The notes below the pieces were generated by a model. That model saw only the letters and a program-made list of their open reading frames with translations. It was not told where the DNA came from and did no database searches. Shown here piece by piece: positions 47,731 through 57,683 of a stretch of 64,000 nucleotides of DNA (the stretch's first letter is position 1; each line of letters starts with the position of its first letter). The translations under genes and the position numbers were made by a program. The DNA is from Candidatus Nomurabacteria bacterium (GTDB lineage: Bacteria > Patescibacteriota > Minisyncoccia > Phycocordibacterales > UBA9973): assembly GCA_016699085.1 (NCBI GenBank), contig CP064958.1:604619-668618 (forward strand), written 5' to 3'.

Positions 47731-48759
47731 ATGGCAACAACAAGCTTCAAACCTAAACAAGTTACGAAAAAAATCTTATCACCACTTCAAGACCGTGCGT
47801 ATGATGTTATCCTTTCCCGTTTCGGGCTAGGTGATGACGCCAAGCGCAAGACGCTCGAAGCTATCGGTGAGACATATGGCATTACTCGTGAACGCGTTCG
47901 TCAAATCGAAAACGCGGCTTTGCAGACGATCAGAAAATCAGATGATTTTAAAGAACAAGAATATATTTTTGATGAATTGAAAGGTATTATTGAATCATTG
48001 GGTTCTGTTGTTGCTGAAGATGATTTACTTGAACATTTAGCTAAGGATGAATCAACGCAAAATCATTACCATCTCTATCTGGTGCTTGGTGATGAATTTG
48101 AAAAAAGCAAGGAAGATGACATGTTTAAAGCTCGATGGAGCGTTGATCAAGAGGTAAGTAATAGCGTCCATACATCACTCGAGAAATTATATTCGTCAAT
48201 CAAAGATGAAGAACTCATACCTGAAAGCGAACTTATTGCAAAATTCCTCGAGCATTTAAAGGATGTTTCAGAAGAATATAAAAATAAAGAAATTGCTCGA
48301 CGATGGCTTAATATTTCTAAGAAAATCGACAAGAACCCACTGGGCGAATGGGGTAAATCAGATTCAGCAAATGTTAAAACCCGCGGTATTAAGGATTATG
48401 CTTTTTTGATGATGCGCAAGCATGGCTCTCCGATGCATTTCCGAGAAGTTGCAAATGCTATCTGTGATACGTTTGGTAAAAAAACTCATGTGGCTACATG
48501 TCATAATGAACTTATTAAAGATGGACGTTTTGTATTAGTTGGTCGTGGTGTGTATGCGCTTAAGGATTGGGGATATGAGGCAGGTGTGGTTAAGGAGGTA
48601 ATCAGAAAAATTATCAAAAAAGAAGGTCCGCTTTCTAAGGAAGATATAGTAGAGAAAGTTATGAAAGAGCGTTATCTTAAGAAAAATACTATTCTTGTTA
48701 ATCTCCAAAATCCAAAATATTTCAAGAAAAACAAACAAGGATTGTATACGATCGCATAA
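47731..48759 (+). CDS. Two-HTH protein: N-terminal sigma-70 region-4-like HTH plus C-terminal HARE-HTH (RpoE-delta-like winged helix).
   Basis: N-terminus TLEAIGETYGITRERVRQIENAAL (sigma70 r4 signature); C-terminus PMHFREVANAI...RFVLVGRGVYALKDW (HARE-HTH signature). Confidence 0.65.
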   Translation: MATTSFKPKQVTKKILSPLQDRAYDVILSRFGLGDDAKRKTLEAIGETYGITRERVRQIENAALQTIRKSDDFKEQEYIFDELKGIIESLGSVVAEDDLLEHLAKDESTQNHYHLYLVLGDEFEKSKEDDMFKARWSVDQEVSNSVHTSLEKLYSSIKDEELIPESELIAKFLEHLKDVSEEYKNKEIARRWLNISKKIDKNPLGEWGKSDSANVKTRGIKDYAFLMMRKHGSPMHFREVANAICDTFGKKTHVATCHNELIKDGRFVLVGRGVYALKDWGYEAGVVKEVIRKIIKKEGPLSKEDIVEKVMKERYLKKNTILVNLQNPKYFKKNKQGLYTIA

Positions 48760-48771
48760 ATTTTATTCCCG

Positions 48772-48860
48772 AAAAGAGCAGCAATAATTTTAAAAGTCTT
48801 CGGATCTCCTGTCAGCAGACAGGCCAGACATTTTAAAATTATTGCTGCTCTTTTTCTGTT
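48772..48860 (+). terminator. Large intrinsic terminator: a 22-24-bp stem (AAAAGAGCAGCAATAATTTTAAAA ... TTTTAAAATTATTGCTGCTCTTTT) enclosing an inner 6-bp hairpin (CCTGTC-AGCA-GACAGG), followed by a T-run.
   Basis: Read directly, immediately after the stop of ORF 47731..48759. Confidence 0.6.
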
Positions 48861-48904
48861 ACCCTCGTATGTAACTGTTTTTTATTATTTGCTATACTAC
48901 ACCC

Positions 48905-49393
48905 ATGGAAAATCGAGGATTTGTGAATATACTGCTTATTATTTTTGGGTTTATTTTAGTAGGTATTATAGTAGGATTTTTTGCTTCGAGACATTCAGTT
49001 TCACCGATAGTATTCCCAAACATAACTGGCAAAGAAACCGCCTCACCATTTACGACATTTACTACTGCAAAATGCGGTCTTGTTATAACATCCCCAGAGC
49101 CTAATGCAACAGTAACAATACCCATTGTTGTAACTGGCTATGTAAATGGCTGTGGATGGAATGAAGATGATCAAAATGCCGGGACAGTAGTGCTCTTGAA
49201 TGACCAAGGTCAGGTTATTTCAGGTACATACGTGCTATTTGTAGGTCAGCGCCCACTTTTTTCTTCTGCAAATTTTACAGCAACGATTTATTCTTCTGGC
49301 AAAAAAACTACAAATATGAGTCTGCTTTTCAAAAGCAATGATATTCCGTCAAAGCAGCAAATCTTCCAGCTTCCTCTTATATTAAATAAATAA
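48905..49393 (+). CDS. Hypothetical membrane-anchored/secreted protein (162 aa).
   Basis: N-terminal TM/signal anchor ILLIIFGFILVGIIVGFFA. Confidence 0.5.
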   Translation: MENRGFVNILLIIFGFILVGIIVGFFASRHSVSPIVFPNITGKETASPFTTFTTAKCGLVITSPEPNATVTIPIVVTGYVNGCGWNEDDQNAGTVVLLNDQGQVISGTYVLFVGQRPLFSSANFTATIYSSGKKTTNMSLLFKSNDIPSKQQIFQLPLILNK

Positions 49394-49414
49394 AACATAG
49401 TATACTCTACATAT

Positions 49415-50680
49415 ATGGATCCGAGTTTTGTTGGTGGAACGTTTGTACAATTACTTTTCTTTATTTCATCTTTGGCGCCAATTTGGTTTCCGATTGTGTT
49501 GGTTTTCGTGGCATGGCATTCGTGGCTGCGTTATGTTCGACTTAGTTTCATTTCGAGCCTCAAATGGACACTCTTAGAAATTCGTTTGCCACGTGATGTA
49601 TTTAAATCTCCTCAAGCGATGGAAATAGCGCTTGTTAATGCATTCCATCAAGGTGGGGGTGTGGGTACCTGGTATGCAAAATATTATCTTGGAAAAGTGC
49701 TCATGTGGTTTTCGCTTGAAATTGTATCTATCGATGGTAATGTCTTTTTCTTTATCCGCATCCCCTTAAATTTCAAAAGCTTGGTTGAATCCCAGATCTA
49801 TGCCCAGTATCCTCAAGCTGAGATAAAGATTGTTGAAGACTACACCGATCGCATACCGCATGAAATGAAAACTAATGCATGGAGCATGTGGGGCACTGAA
49901 TTTGAATTTACCAAACCTGACGTTTATCCAATCAAAACGTACGTTGATTATGGCTTAGATAAGAGCACGAGTAGCCTAGATCCTGAGCAGCAAATCGACC
50001 CTATGACGCAAATGATTGAGTTTATGGGCTCTCTCGGCAAAGGTGAACAATTGTGGCTACAGATTATTATCCAGGTTCATTCAAAGCGATTTTCAGAACC
50101 GGGTAAAATGTTTGGTGGTCGCAATTGGCAAGGGCTCGCAAAGGAAGAAGTACAAAAAATCGTCAAGGATGGATTGCTTACAACTGGTGATGAAAAAATA
50201 AAATCAACTCTCAATCTCACCAAGACACAACAAGATGTCATTACTGCCATTGATCGACATATAGAGAAGCCAGCATTTGATACAGGGATCAGGGCGATTT
50301 ATTTAGCAGAGAAAGATAAATTTAATCCGATCAACATCGTCGGCTTGCTTGGTATGTTTAAGCAATACAATTCAAATACCCTAAATGGCTTCAAGCCACG
50401 TAACCTAACAGATTTTGATTACCCGTGGCAAGACCGAAGTGGTGCTCGTAAGGCCGCACTTAAATTAGAGATGTTTGAGGCATATAGACTTCGATCATAT
50501 TTCAATGCACCACATAATAGTAAAAAAGCCGGGGGAAAACATATAATCAGAAAACCACTTGTACTATCAAGTGAAGAATTGGCCACACTGTTTCATTTTC
50601 CTGGTCGTGTATCTGAGACACCTTCATTTGGTCGTATTGAGTCAAAGAAAATTGAGCCTCCACAAAATTTGCCACTCTAA
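49415..50680 (+). CDS. Hypothetical membrane protein (421 aa; N-terminal TM helices plus large soluble domain).
   Basis: ORF and hydrophobicity only. Confidence 0.55.
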   Translation: MDPSFVGGTFVQLLFFISSLAPIWFPIVLVFVAWHSWLRYVRLSFISSLKWTLLEIRLPRDVFKSPQAMEIALVNAFHQGGGVGTWYAKYYLGKVLMWFSLEIVSIDGNVFFFIRIPLNFKSLVESQIYAQYPQAEIKIVEDYTDRIPHEMKTNAWSMWGTEFEFTKPDVYPIKTYVDYGLDKSTSSLDPEQQIDPMTQMIEFMGSLGKGEQLWLQIIIQVHSKRFSEPGKMFGGRNWQGLAKEEVQKIVKDGLLTTGDEKIKSTLNLTKTQQDVITAIDRHIEKPAFDTGIRAIYLAEKDKFNPINIVGLLGMFKQYNSNTLNGFKPRNLTDFDYPWQDRSGARKAALKLEMFEAYRLRSYFNAPHNSKKAGGKHIIRKPLVLSSEELATLFHFPGRVSETPSFGRIESKKIEPPQNLPL

Positions 50681-50683
50681 CCT

Positions 50684-51697
50684 ATGTCTTTTCAAGAAAA
50701 TCCTACAAATGAGCACAGTATTTTACCTCGTACTTTTAATAAAAGTAATTTGCATTTTCTTATTAGACAGTGTATTTTTCTTGCTGTCATTTTATTTACG
50801 GCGAGACTTGTCTTTCTCATATTTGTACCGGCAGCTACGTTCACGCAAGGCTCGATTATTCGTGTGTCACGCGGGGAGAGTCTTATGCATGTGAGCGAAG
50901 AATTAAAAAAAAATAATATCATTTCATCCATTCCTCTATTTCAATTCTTTGTCGTACTTAATGGAGGTGATCGCAGTATAGTGGCTGGAGATTATTATTT
51001 TGGTAGTGCGCAGCCAGTCTATACTGTAGCCAAGCATATGGTAGAAGGCAATTTTGCTATTACTGCAACAAAGGTCACAATTCCTGAAGGATTTACTAAT
51101 AGCGAAATAGGGCAAACATTTGATAAGTTATTCCCATATTTTGATTTGGCAGCTTTTGATGAATTAACAAAAGACAAAGAAGGTTATTTGTTTCCTGATA
51201 CGTATTTCGTCTCGCCTTATAGTGACGCAGCATTTTTAACGAGCACACTTGAAAATACTTTTACAAAAAAGATTTCAACACTCACAGAAGCTATTGCTTC
51301 AAGCGGTCATACGGAAAAAGATATTATAACCATGGCTTCTATTATTGAACGTGAGGCGCGCGGTGATGATGATCGAGAAGTCATTTCTGGTATACTTTGG
51401 CACCGAATGGCGATTGGTATGCCGCTTCAAGTCGATGCAACCTTAGGTTATGTAACAAAGAAAACTAGCAGTGAACTGACGCTTACAGACCTTGCAAGTG
51501 ATTCATTGTATAATACCTATACTCATACTGGTCTGCCACCTGGTCCAATTGCTAATCCAGGAATGCTTGCAATAAAAGCAGCACTAGAGCCTAGTGCATC
51601 GCCGTACCTCTTTTACCTCCATGATAACGACGGGGTGATACATTACGCAAAAACTTTTGATGAGCATAAAGCCAACAAAGCCAAATACCTAAATTAA
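50684..51697 (+). CDS. mltG: Endolytic murein transglycosylase MltG (YceG family).
   Basis: N-terminal TM, YceG-like blocks (MASIIEREA; LQVDATLGY; GLPPGPIANPG). Confidence 0.8.
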   Translation: MSFQENPTNEHSILPRTFNKSNLHFLIRQCIFLAVILFTARLVFLIFVPAATFTQGSIIRVSRGESLMHVSEELKKNNIISSIPLFQFFVVLNGGDRSIVAGDYYFGSAQPVYTVAKHMVEGNFAITATKVTIPEGFTNSEIGQTFDKLFPYFDLAAFDELTKDKEGYLFPDTYFVSPYSDAAFLTSTLENTFTKKISTLTEAIASSGHTEKDIITMASIIEREARGDDDREVISGILWHRMAIGMPLQVDATLGYVTKKTSSELTLTDLASDSLYNTYTHTGLPPGPIANPGMLAIKAALEPSASPYLFYLHDNDGVIHYAKTFDEHKANKAKYLN

Positions 51698-51700
51698 TAT

Positions 51701-52252
51701 ATGCATACACAAAATTTAGCCTTTATAGATACTGAAACAACAGGACTTGATATTGAAAAGCATGAGATTATTCAGCTTGGTTGTGTAGTAGTTTCGCAAA
51801 CGCCAGGCGCTAGTAATGGCGAGGTATATGATATTGTCGAAGAATTTGAATTAAAGATTAAGCCCGCAAGGATTGAAGATGCAGATAAGACTGCACTTAG
51901 GATTAATGGGTACAACGAGGCTGACTGGGTACTTGGTTACACACTTACTGAAGCAATGCAGATCTTTGCCAATAAGACCAAAGATGCCATCATGGTAGGA
52001 CATAATTTGCCATTTGATTTCGCTTTTATTACCAAGGCTTTTGCAACGACTGGTGTCGAGAATAAAATGCATTACCACAAGCTCGATACGATTTCTATAG
52101 CCTTTGCAAAAGCTAAGAAGCGTGATGATATCAATCGTTTCTCGCTTCGATCATTATGCGAAGTATTTAAAATTGAAAATACGCGCGCACATACGGCACT
52201 TGCGGATGCACGGGCGACATTTGAATTGTATAAAAGGTTAATGGCGCTTTAA
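51701..52252 (+). CDS. DEDDh 3'-5' exonuclease (DnaQ/epsilon-like).
   Basis: Exo I FIDTETTGLD, Exo II HNLPFDFAF, Exo III HTALADARA. Confidence 0.8.
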   Translation: MHTQNLAFIDTETTGLDIEKHEIIQLGCVVVSQTPGASNGEVYDIVEEFELKIKPARIEDADKTALRINGYNEADWVLGYTLTEAMQIFANKTKDAIMVGHNLPFDFAFITKAFATTGVENKMHYHKLDTISIAFAKAKKRDDINRFSLRSLCEVFKIENTRAHTALADARATFELYKRLMAL

Positions 52253-52253
52253 A

Positions 52254-52901
52254 ATGAATCACGGTCTTGAAAATCACTTTGAAAATGGTGAAAAGATGTC
52301 TTTGGGATCTGCCCTCTCTGAAGTTTTTGAAGCTCACAAAGCAAAAAGTCTCATTAATTCATATTCTATCCGGACCTTAGAATTATCAAGATCTTATTTT
52401 TGCAAGATAAATTACAAAAGTCCATATAGTAAAAATGCAAAAATATATTTTACTATTAATTCAGAATCTTATGACGTTCCAAATTACCAACTTACTGAAA
52501 GAACAAGTATTCACGAGGTAGAACAATTATTGAATACGATTTTTGAAAATAATGAAACGTTTCTAAAGACAAGCAGAATTGGACAAGAAAAAGGCATAAA
52601 TGCTGAGAATATGTGCCAGCAAGCCCTACTTATTTTGCAAAATCAAGGGAAAATCACTACATTTGAAAAAACTAATTTATGGGAGGAGGGGAAAGCAAGA
52701 GATTTTAAAATAGAATACAAAATTTTTATTATTCCATTACAAATTAAATCTTCAACAAAAGGACAATTTGAGCACAAGAAAAATGCTCTTGGTGTACCTT
52801 CATTAGTAATAAAAGACACAGATAGGGTTGAGTCAATTACTGAAAAAATCATGAAAATTGTCACTGCCTATGAAGAAAAAGGAAATATTCTTCATTTGTA
52901 A
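52254..52901 (+). CDS. Hypothetical protein (215 aa).
   Basis: ORF only. Confidence 0.45.
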   Translation: MNHGLENHFENGEKMSLGSALSEVFEAHKAKSLINSYSIRTLELSRSYFCKINYKSPYSKNAKIYFTINSESYDVPNYQLTERTSIHEVEQLLNTIFENNETFLKTSRIGQEKGINAENMCQQALLILQNQGKITTFEKTNLWEEGKARDFKIEYKIFIIPLQIKSSTKGQFEHKKNALGVPSLVIKDTDRVESITEKIMKIVTAYEEKGNILHL

Positions 52902-52943
52902 CGCTTTGCCCCATCTTTCAAAAAAGGTATAGTAATAAGCCAT

Positions 52944-54041
52944 ATGAATAAAAGCAGAAAAAAACAAACTGTCTTTGTTGGGGTTTCGGGCGGTGTAGAT
53001 TCCTCGGTCTCGGCGTATTTGCTCAAAAAAGCTGACTACAATGTTGTCGGTGTTTTTATACGTACATGGCAACCGGACTTTATCGAATGTACCTGGCGGG
53101 AAGAGCGACGAGATGCTATGCGGGTCTGTGCCCATCTAGATATCCCATTTCTTGAGTGTGATGGGGAAGTTGCGTATAAAAAGGGTGTTGCAGACTATAT
53201 GATCGAAGAATATAGACAAGGACGAACACCAAACCCAGATGTGATGTGTAATCGAGAAGTTAAATTTGGTGTATTTTGGCAGTTTGCAAAAGACTATGGT
53301 GCGGATTATATAGCAACTGGACATTACGCACGGGTTAGTAAAAAGGAAACAGCAAACAGTAAACAGAGGGTATTAGAAATGGGTGTTGATACGACTAAGG
53401 ATCAAAGCTATTTTCTCTGGACACTGACAGAAAAAGATCTTGAGCATACACTTTTTCCCATAGGACATCTCAAAAAAACAGAGGTTAGAAAAATCGCAGC
53501 AAAGATTAAATTACCAACTGCCGCTAAAAAAGATAGCCAAGGGGTATGCTTTTTGGGGCCCCTCAATATGAAAGAATTCATAGAGCACTATATTCCAAAG
53601 AAAACAGGGAATGTGCTTGATACAAAAGGCAATATCATCGGTACACATGATGGTGCGGTTTTTTATACATTGGGCGAGCGTCATGGTTTTACTATTACAA
53701 AGAAATCGGCAATTGATAAGGCATACTATGTTGTCGCTAAAAATATGAAAGCGAATACAATTACGGTTTCTGCATCAACAAATAATATTTCTAATACCGG
53801 TATTTTGCAAAATAACAGTATTGAGCTCATTGGAGTGAATTGGATACATGGGCTACCAAAAGATGGCAAAGAGTATACTGCCCAGATTCGCTATCATGGT
53901 GAACAGGTACCTTGTACAGTTACGAGCAATAAAGCTAATAATGTCACAGTTTTTTTCACTAAGGAAATCTTAGTTTCTCCCGGACAATCCATCGTTATCT
54001 ACAATAAAGATGTATGCGTAGGTGGTGGCATTGTTAAATAA
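52944..54041 (+). CDS. mnmA: tRNA-specific 2-thiouridylase MnmA.
   Basis: PP-loop VGVSGGVDSSV, catalytic Cys context and C-terminal domain. Confidence 0.9.
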   Translation: MNKSRKKQTVFVGVSGGVDSSVSAYLLKKADYNVVGVFIRTWQPDFIECTWREERRDAMRVCAHLDIPFLECDGEVAYKKGVADYMIEEYRQGRTPNPDVMCNREVKFGVFWQFAKDYGADYIATGHYARVSKKETANSKQRVLEMGVDTTKDQSYFLWTLTEKDLEHTLFPIGHLKKTEVRKIAAKIKLPTAAKKDSQGVCFLGPLNMKEFIEHYIPKKTGNVLDTKGNIIGTHDGAVFYTLGERHGFTITKKSAIDKAYYVVAKNMKANTITVSASTNNISNTGILQNNSIELIGVNWIHGLPKDGKEYTAQIRYHGEQVPCTVTSNKANNVTVFFTKEILVSPGQSIVIYNKDVCVGGGIVK

Positions 54042-54072
54042 AAATATTACAAATATTTGCTATACTCACTAC

Positions 54073-55830
54073 ATGAAAACAAAATGGAATTTAAAGCTAC
54101 TGTATAAGTCACTTGAGGATCCTCAAATCAATAAGGATGTTTCAAAACTTGAAGAATCCTACCAAAATTTTAAAAAGAAATACCAAGCTCAAAATTATTT
54201 ACATGATGAAAAGAAATTACTTGAAGCTCTCGAGTTATATGAGAGTTTTGATCTTATACAAAACCCACTGTATTACCTATTTTATTTCACTGATATTCAA
54301 AACGGGAATGCTAAAGCGGAAGCATTACGAAGCAGTATTACGCAAAGATTGACCAATGCAAGCAATCAGATTGTCTTCTTTACATTATCCCTAGCCAAGA
54401 TCTCTAAAGCTGAACAGCAAAAAATACTTACTAATAATAAATTCAAAAAATTCCATCATTTCTTAGAGCAAATTTTTATCACTAGTAAGTATCGTTTGAC
54501 AGAATCAGAAGAGAAAATTCTTAATCTGAAATCGCTTCCCGGCCATACATTATGGAGAGAAGGGCAAGAAAAACTACTCGGGAATACGAATGTCATTTTT
54601 AAAGATAAAAAAATGTCTATCGGTGAGGCTATGAATAAAATACCAGAGTTATCTTTAAGGGAAAGACATGGATTGAATGAACAAGTAATGAAAATGTTAA
54701 AATCAATTAGCCATTTTGCTGAAAGTGAAATGAACGCATTAATTATTGATAAAAAAATCAATGATGAATTGCGAGGGTATGCACATCCAGCCAGCGCAAC
54801 TATCATTGGTTATGAAAATGACGAAAAAGCAATATTAAATTTTGTTGAAACTGTTAGTAATTATTTTCCTATAAGTCATCGGTTTCTTAAAATAAAACAA
54901 AAAATGCTTGGTTTGAGAACATTAACCTATGCAGATCGTTCAGCTCCTGTAGGTAAAACGAAAAGAAAAATATCATTCGAAAACGCCATTGAGATTATCA
55001 AGGTTGCATTTGAGAAGGTAAATCCTGAATATCGAAAGATATTTGAAAACTATTTGCGTAATGGACAGATTGATGTTTTCCCGTATCCCGGCAAAAGAAG
55101 TGGTGCCTATTGTTCGTCTGATGAGGTGCGACCGACTTTTGTACTTCTAAATTATACAGAAAGTATGAAGTCAGTAATGACAATGGCCCATGAAATGGGT
55201 CACGCTATTCATGCAGAATATTCTAAAACTCAGCCGATAATTTCAAGGAATCATACAATTGCAACTGCGGAAGTTGCGAGTACGCTTTTTGAGAATTTTG
55301 CATTCGAAGAAATATTTGCAACTCTGAGTGAGGAAGAGAAAATTATTGCTTTACATGATCGAATCGGTGATGATGTGCAAACAATCTTTCGACAAATTGC
55401 TTGTTTCAATTTTGAAACTGAACTTCATCTAACCGTCAGAGAAAAAGGTACTCTTGCAAAAGAAGAAATTGCTAAACTTATGAACAAGCATATGGGTTCG
55501 TATCTTGGTCCAAATTTTAAATTTACTGAGCTTGATGGGTATTTCTTTGTCTATTGGTCACATATTCGTCAGTTTTTTTATGTGTATTCATACGCATATG
55601 GCCAGCTCATAAGTAAGTCATTGTATGCAAAATACAAAGCTGATCCATCATATCTCTTAAAAATTGAGGAATTTCTAAAAGCCGGTGGAAGCAAAAGCCC
55701 AGAACAAATTTTTAAAGATATAGGCATTGATACTTCTAAATCAGGCTTCTTTATAGAAGGGTTGAAAAGTATAGAGGCAGATATAAAACGCTTGGAGAAA
55801 TTGGTTGGGAATGGTAAAAAGAAAAAGTAA
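54073..55830 (+). CDS. pepF: Oligoendopeptidase F (M3B family).
   Basis: HEMGHAIH zinc motif and M3 architecture. The ORF is open from 54022. Confidence 0.85.
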   Translation: MKTKWNLKLLYKSLEDPQINKDVSKLEESYQNFKKKYQAQNYLHDEKKLLEALELYESFDLIQNPLYYLFYFTDIQNGNAKAEALRSSITQRLTNASNQIVFFTLSLAKISKAEQQKILTNNKFKKFHHFLEQIFITSKYRLTESEEKILNLKSLPGHTLWREGQEKLLGNTNVIFKDKKMSIGEAMNKIPELSLRERHGLNEQVMKMLKSISHFAESEMNALIIDKKINDELRGYAHPASATIIGYENDEKAILNFVETVSNYFPISHRFLKIKQKMLGLRTLTYADRSAPVGKTKRKISFENAIEIIKVAFEKVNPEYRKIFENYLRNGQIDVFPYPGKRSGAYCSSDEVRPTFVLLNYTESMKSVMTMAHEMGHAIHAEYSKTQPIISRNHTIATAEVASTLFENFAFEEIFATLSEEEKIIALHDRIGDDVQTIFRQIACFNFETELHLTVREKGTLAKEEIAKLMNKHMGSYLGPNFKFTELDGYFFVYWSHIRQFFYVYSYAYGQLISKSLYAKYKADPSYLLKIEEFLKAGGSKSPEQIFKDIGIDTSKSGFFIEGLKSIEADIKRLEKLVGNGKKKK

Positions 55831-55831
55831 T

Positions 55832-57658
55832 ATGCGATCCGAAGAAATTAGAAAACGATTTTTAGCATTTTTTGAAAAGCGTGGCCATACGATTATTCCA
55901 TCTGCGCCCTTAGTGCCCCAGAACGATCCGTCAGTGCTTTTTAACACTGCAGGCATGCAACCGCTCGTGCCGTATCTTCTCGGTGAACCACATCCAGCTG
56001 GTAAACGAATAGCAAATATTCAAAAGTGTGTACGCACAGGTGATCTTGATGATATTGGCGACAATCGTCATTTTTCTTTTTTTGAAATGATGGGTAACTG
56101 GTCGCTTGGAGATTATTTTAAAAAAGAAGCAATCAGTTGGAGCTATGAATTTCTGACATCGAAAGAAGAGGGGCTAGGGCTCAACCCTAGTCAGCTTTAT
56201 GTGACTGTATTTGAAGGCGATGAGAACGCTCCACTTGATATGGAGTCGATAGAAATCTGGAAAAGTCTTGGTATTCCCGAGAACAGAATCTATGCACTTC
56301 CGGCTGATGATAACTGGTGGAGTCCTGGAGATAATGGTCCGTGTGGTCCTTGCACAGAAATGTTTTACGATGTGACAGGTAAAGTTGGCGATCTTACTCA
56401 AGAGCAATTTATTGAAGCAGTGAAAAAGGAAGATGTGATAGAAATATGGAATGATGTTTTTATGGAATATGAGAAAAAAGATGGAAAGGTGATCGGGAAA
56501 CTTGCTCAAAGAAATGTTGATACTGGCGCTGGTCTTGAACGTATTACAGCAGTGATGCAAGGAAAGAAAACAGCATATGAGACGGATTTGTTTGAAGAAC
56601 TAATACAGAAAATACAGAAATTGTCGGAAATTAAAAATGAAAAACTTGAAAGAATTATTGCTGATCATATTAGGACATCAATTTTTCTAATTTCAGACGG
56701 AGTTATTCCATCTAGTTCTGCGCAAGGATACATTCTTAGACGTTTACTTAGACGAGCAATTCGTTCCGGACATGCATTAATAACGAACGTAAGTGGAAAT
56801 TACAATCAATTAGTAGAGATTGTAGTAAATAAGTATCAGGTCAGTTATCCTAACTTGAAAGAAAATAAGAATAAAATAATTTTAGAGCTAGAGAAAGAAT
56901 TTGATAAATTTATTAATACACTTGAACTTGGCTTAAAAAAAATTAAAGAGTTATTTGGAAAGGAGGAAGATATAAATACTTTTGGTTTAAATAGTGCTAT
57001 TTTGTTTGATCTTTATCAGACATATGGATTTCCACTTGAGCTTAGTATTGAAGAAATAAATAGAGAGCGTTCTAACCGAGGTCTTCCAGTGTTAGATGAA
57101 CAGCTACGAAAAATTTACCAAGAACAATTTAATAAAAATATGGCTGAGCATCAAAAGCTTTCTCAAACTTCATCCGCTGGCATGTTCAAGGGCGGACTGG
57201 CCAATCATAATGAAAAAACAATTCGTCTTCATACAGCGCACCACCTACTTCTTGCTGCACTTCAACAAGTTTTAGGCAAAGAAGTAAAGCAACGCGGTAG
57301 CAACATTACTGAAGAGCGATTGCGCATTGATTTTTCTTTTGACAGGAAGATGACTGATGAAGAGAAAAAGCAAGTTGAAGATATTGTGAACGCCAAAATC
57401 AAGGAAGGATTAATTGTCGAACGGTGTGAAATGTCAAAAGCTGAAGCTGAAAAGTTAGGCGCTGAAATGGAATTTGGGACAAAGTATGGCGATATGGTCA
57501 GTGTCTATCTCGTGCATAATAAAAACAGTGGTCATTTTTCAAAAGAATTCTGTGGTGGCCCGCATGTTGGCAATACGAGCGAGCTTGGCATATTTAAAAT
57601 TCAAAAAGAAGAAGCATCATCGCAAGGTGTGCGTCGAATTAAAGCCACACTGGGGTAG
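55832..57658 (+). CDS. alaS: Alanyl-tRNA synthetase, short form (catalytic, tRNA-recognition and editing domains; lacks the C-terminal C-Ala domain).
   Basis: N-terminal class II AlaRS blocks (FNTAGMQP, FFEMMGNWSLGDYFK), editing-domain HxxxH (HTAHHLL) and CGGPHV; only about 609 aa. Confidence 0.9.
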   Translation: MRSEEIRKRFLAFFEKRGHTIIPSAPLVPQNDPSVLFNTAGMQPLVPYLLGEPHPAGKRIANIQKCVRTGDLDDIGDNRHFSFFEMMGNWSLGDYFKKEAISWSYEFLTSKEEGLGLNPSQLYVTVFEGDENAPLDMESIEIWKSLGIPENRIYALPADDNWWSPGDNGPCGPCTEMFYDVTGKVGDLTQEQFIEAVKKEDVIEIWNDVFMEYEKKDGKVIGKLAQRNVDTGAGLERITAVMQGKKTAYETDLFEELIQKIQKLSEIKNEKLERIIADHIRTSIFLISDGVIPSSSAQGYILRRLLRRAIRSGHALITNVSGNYNQLVEIVVNKYQVSYPNLKENKNKIILELEKEFDKFINTLELGLKKIKELFGKEEDINTFGLNSAILFDLYQTYGFPLELSIEEINRERSNRGLPVLDEQLRKIYQEQFNKNMAEHQKLSQTSSAGMFKGGLANHNEKTIRLHTAHHLLLAALQQVLGKEVKQRGSNITEERLRIDFSFDRKMTDEEKKQVEDIVNAKIKEGLIVERCEMSKAEAEKLGAEMEFGTKYGDMVSVYLVHNKNSGHFSKEFCGGPHVGNTSELGIFKIQKEEASSQGVRRIKATLG

Positions 57659-57683
57659 CTGTCACTTCCTATTGATGTAGAGT

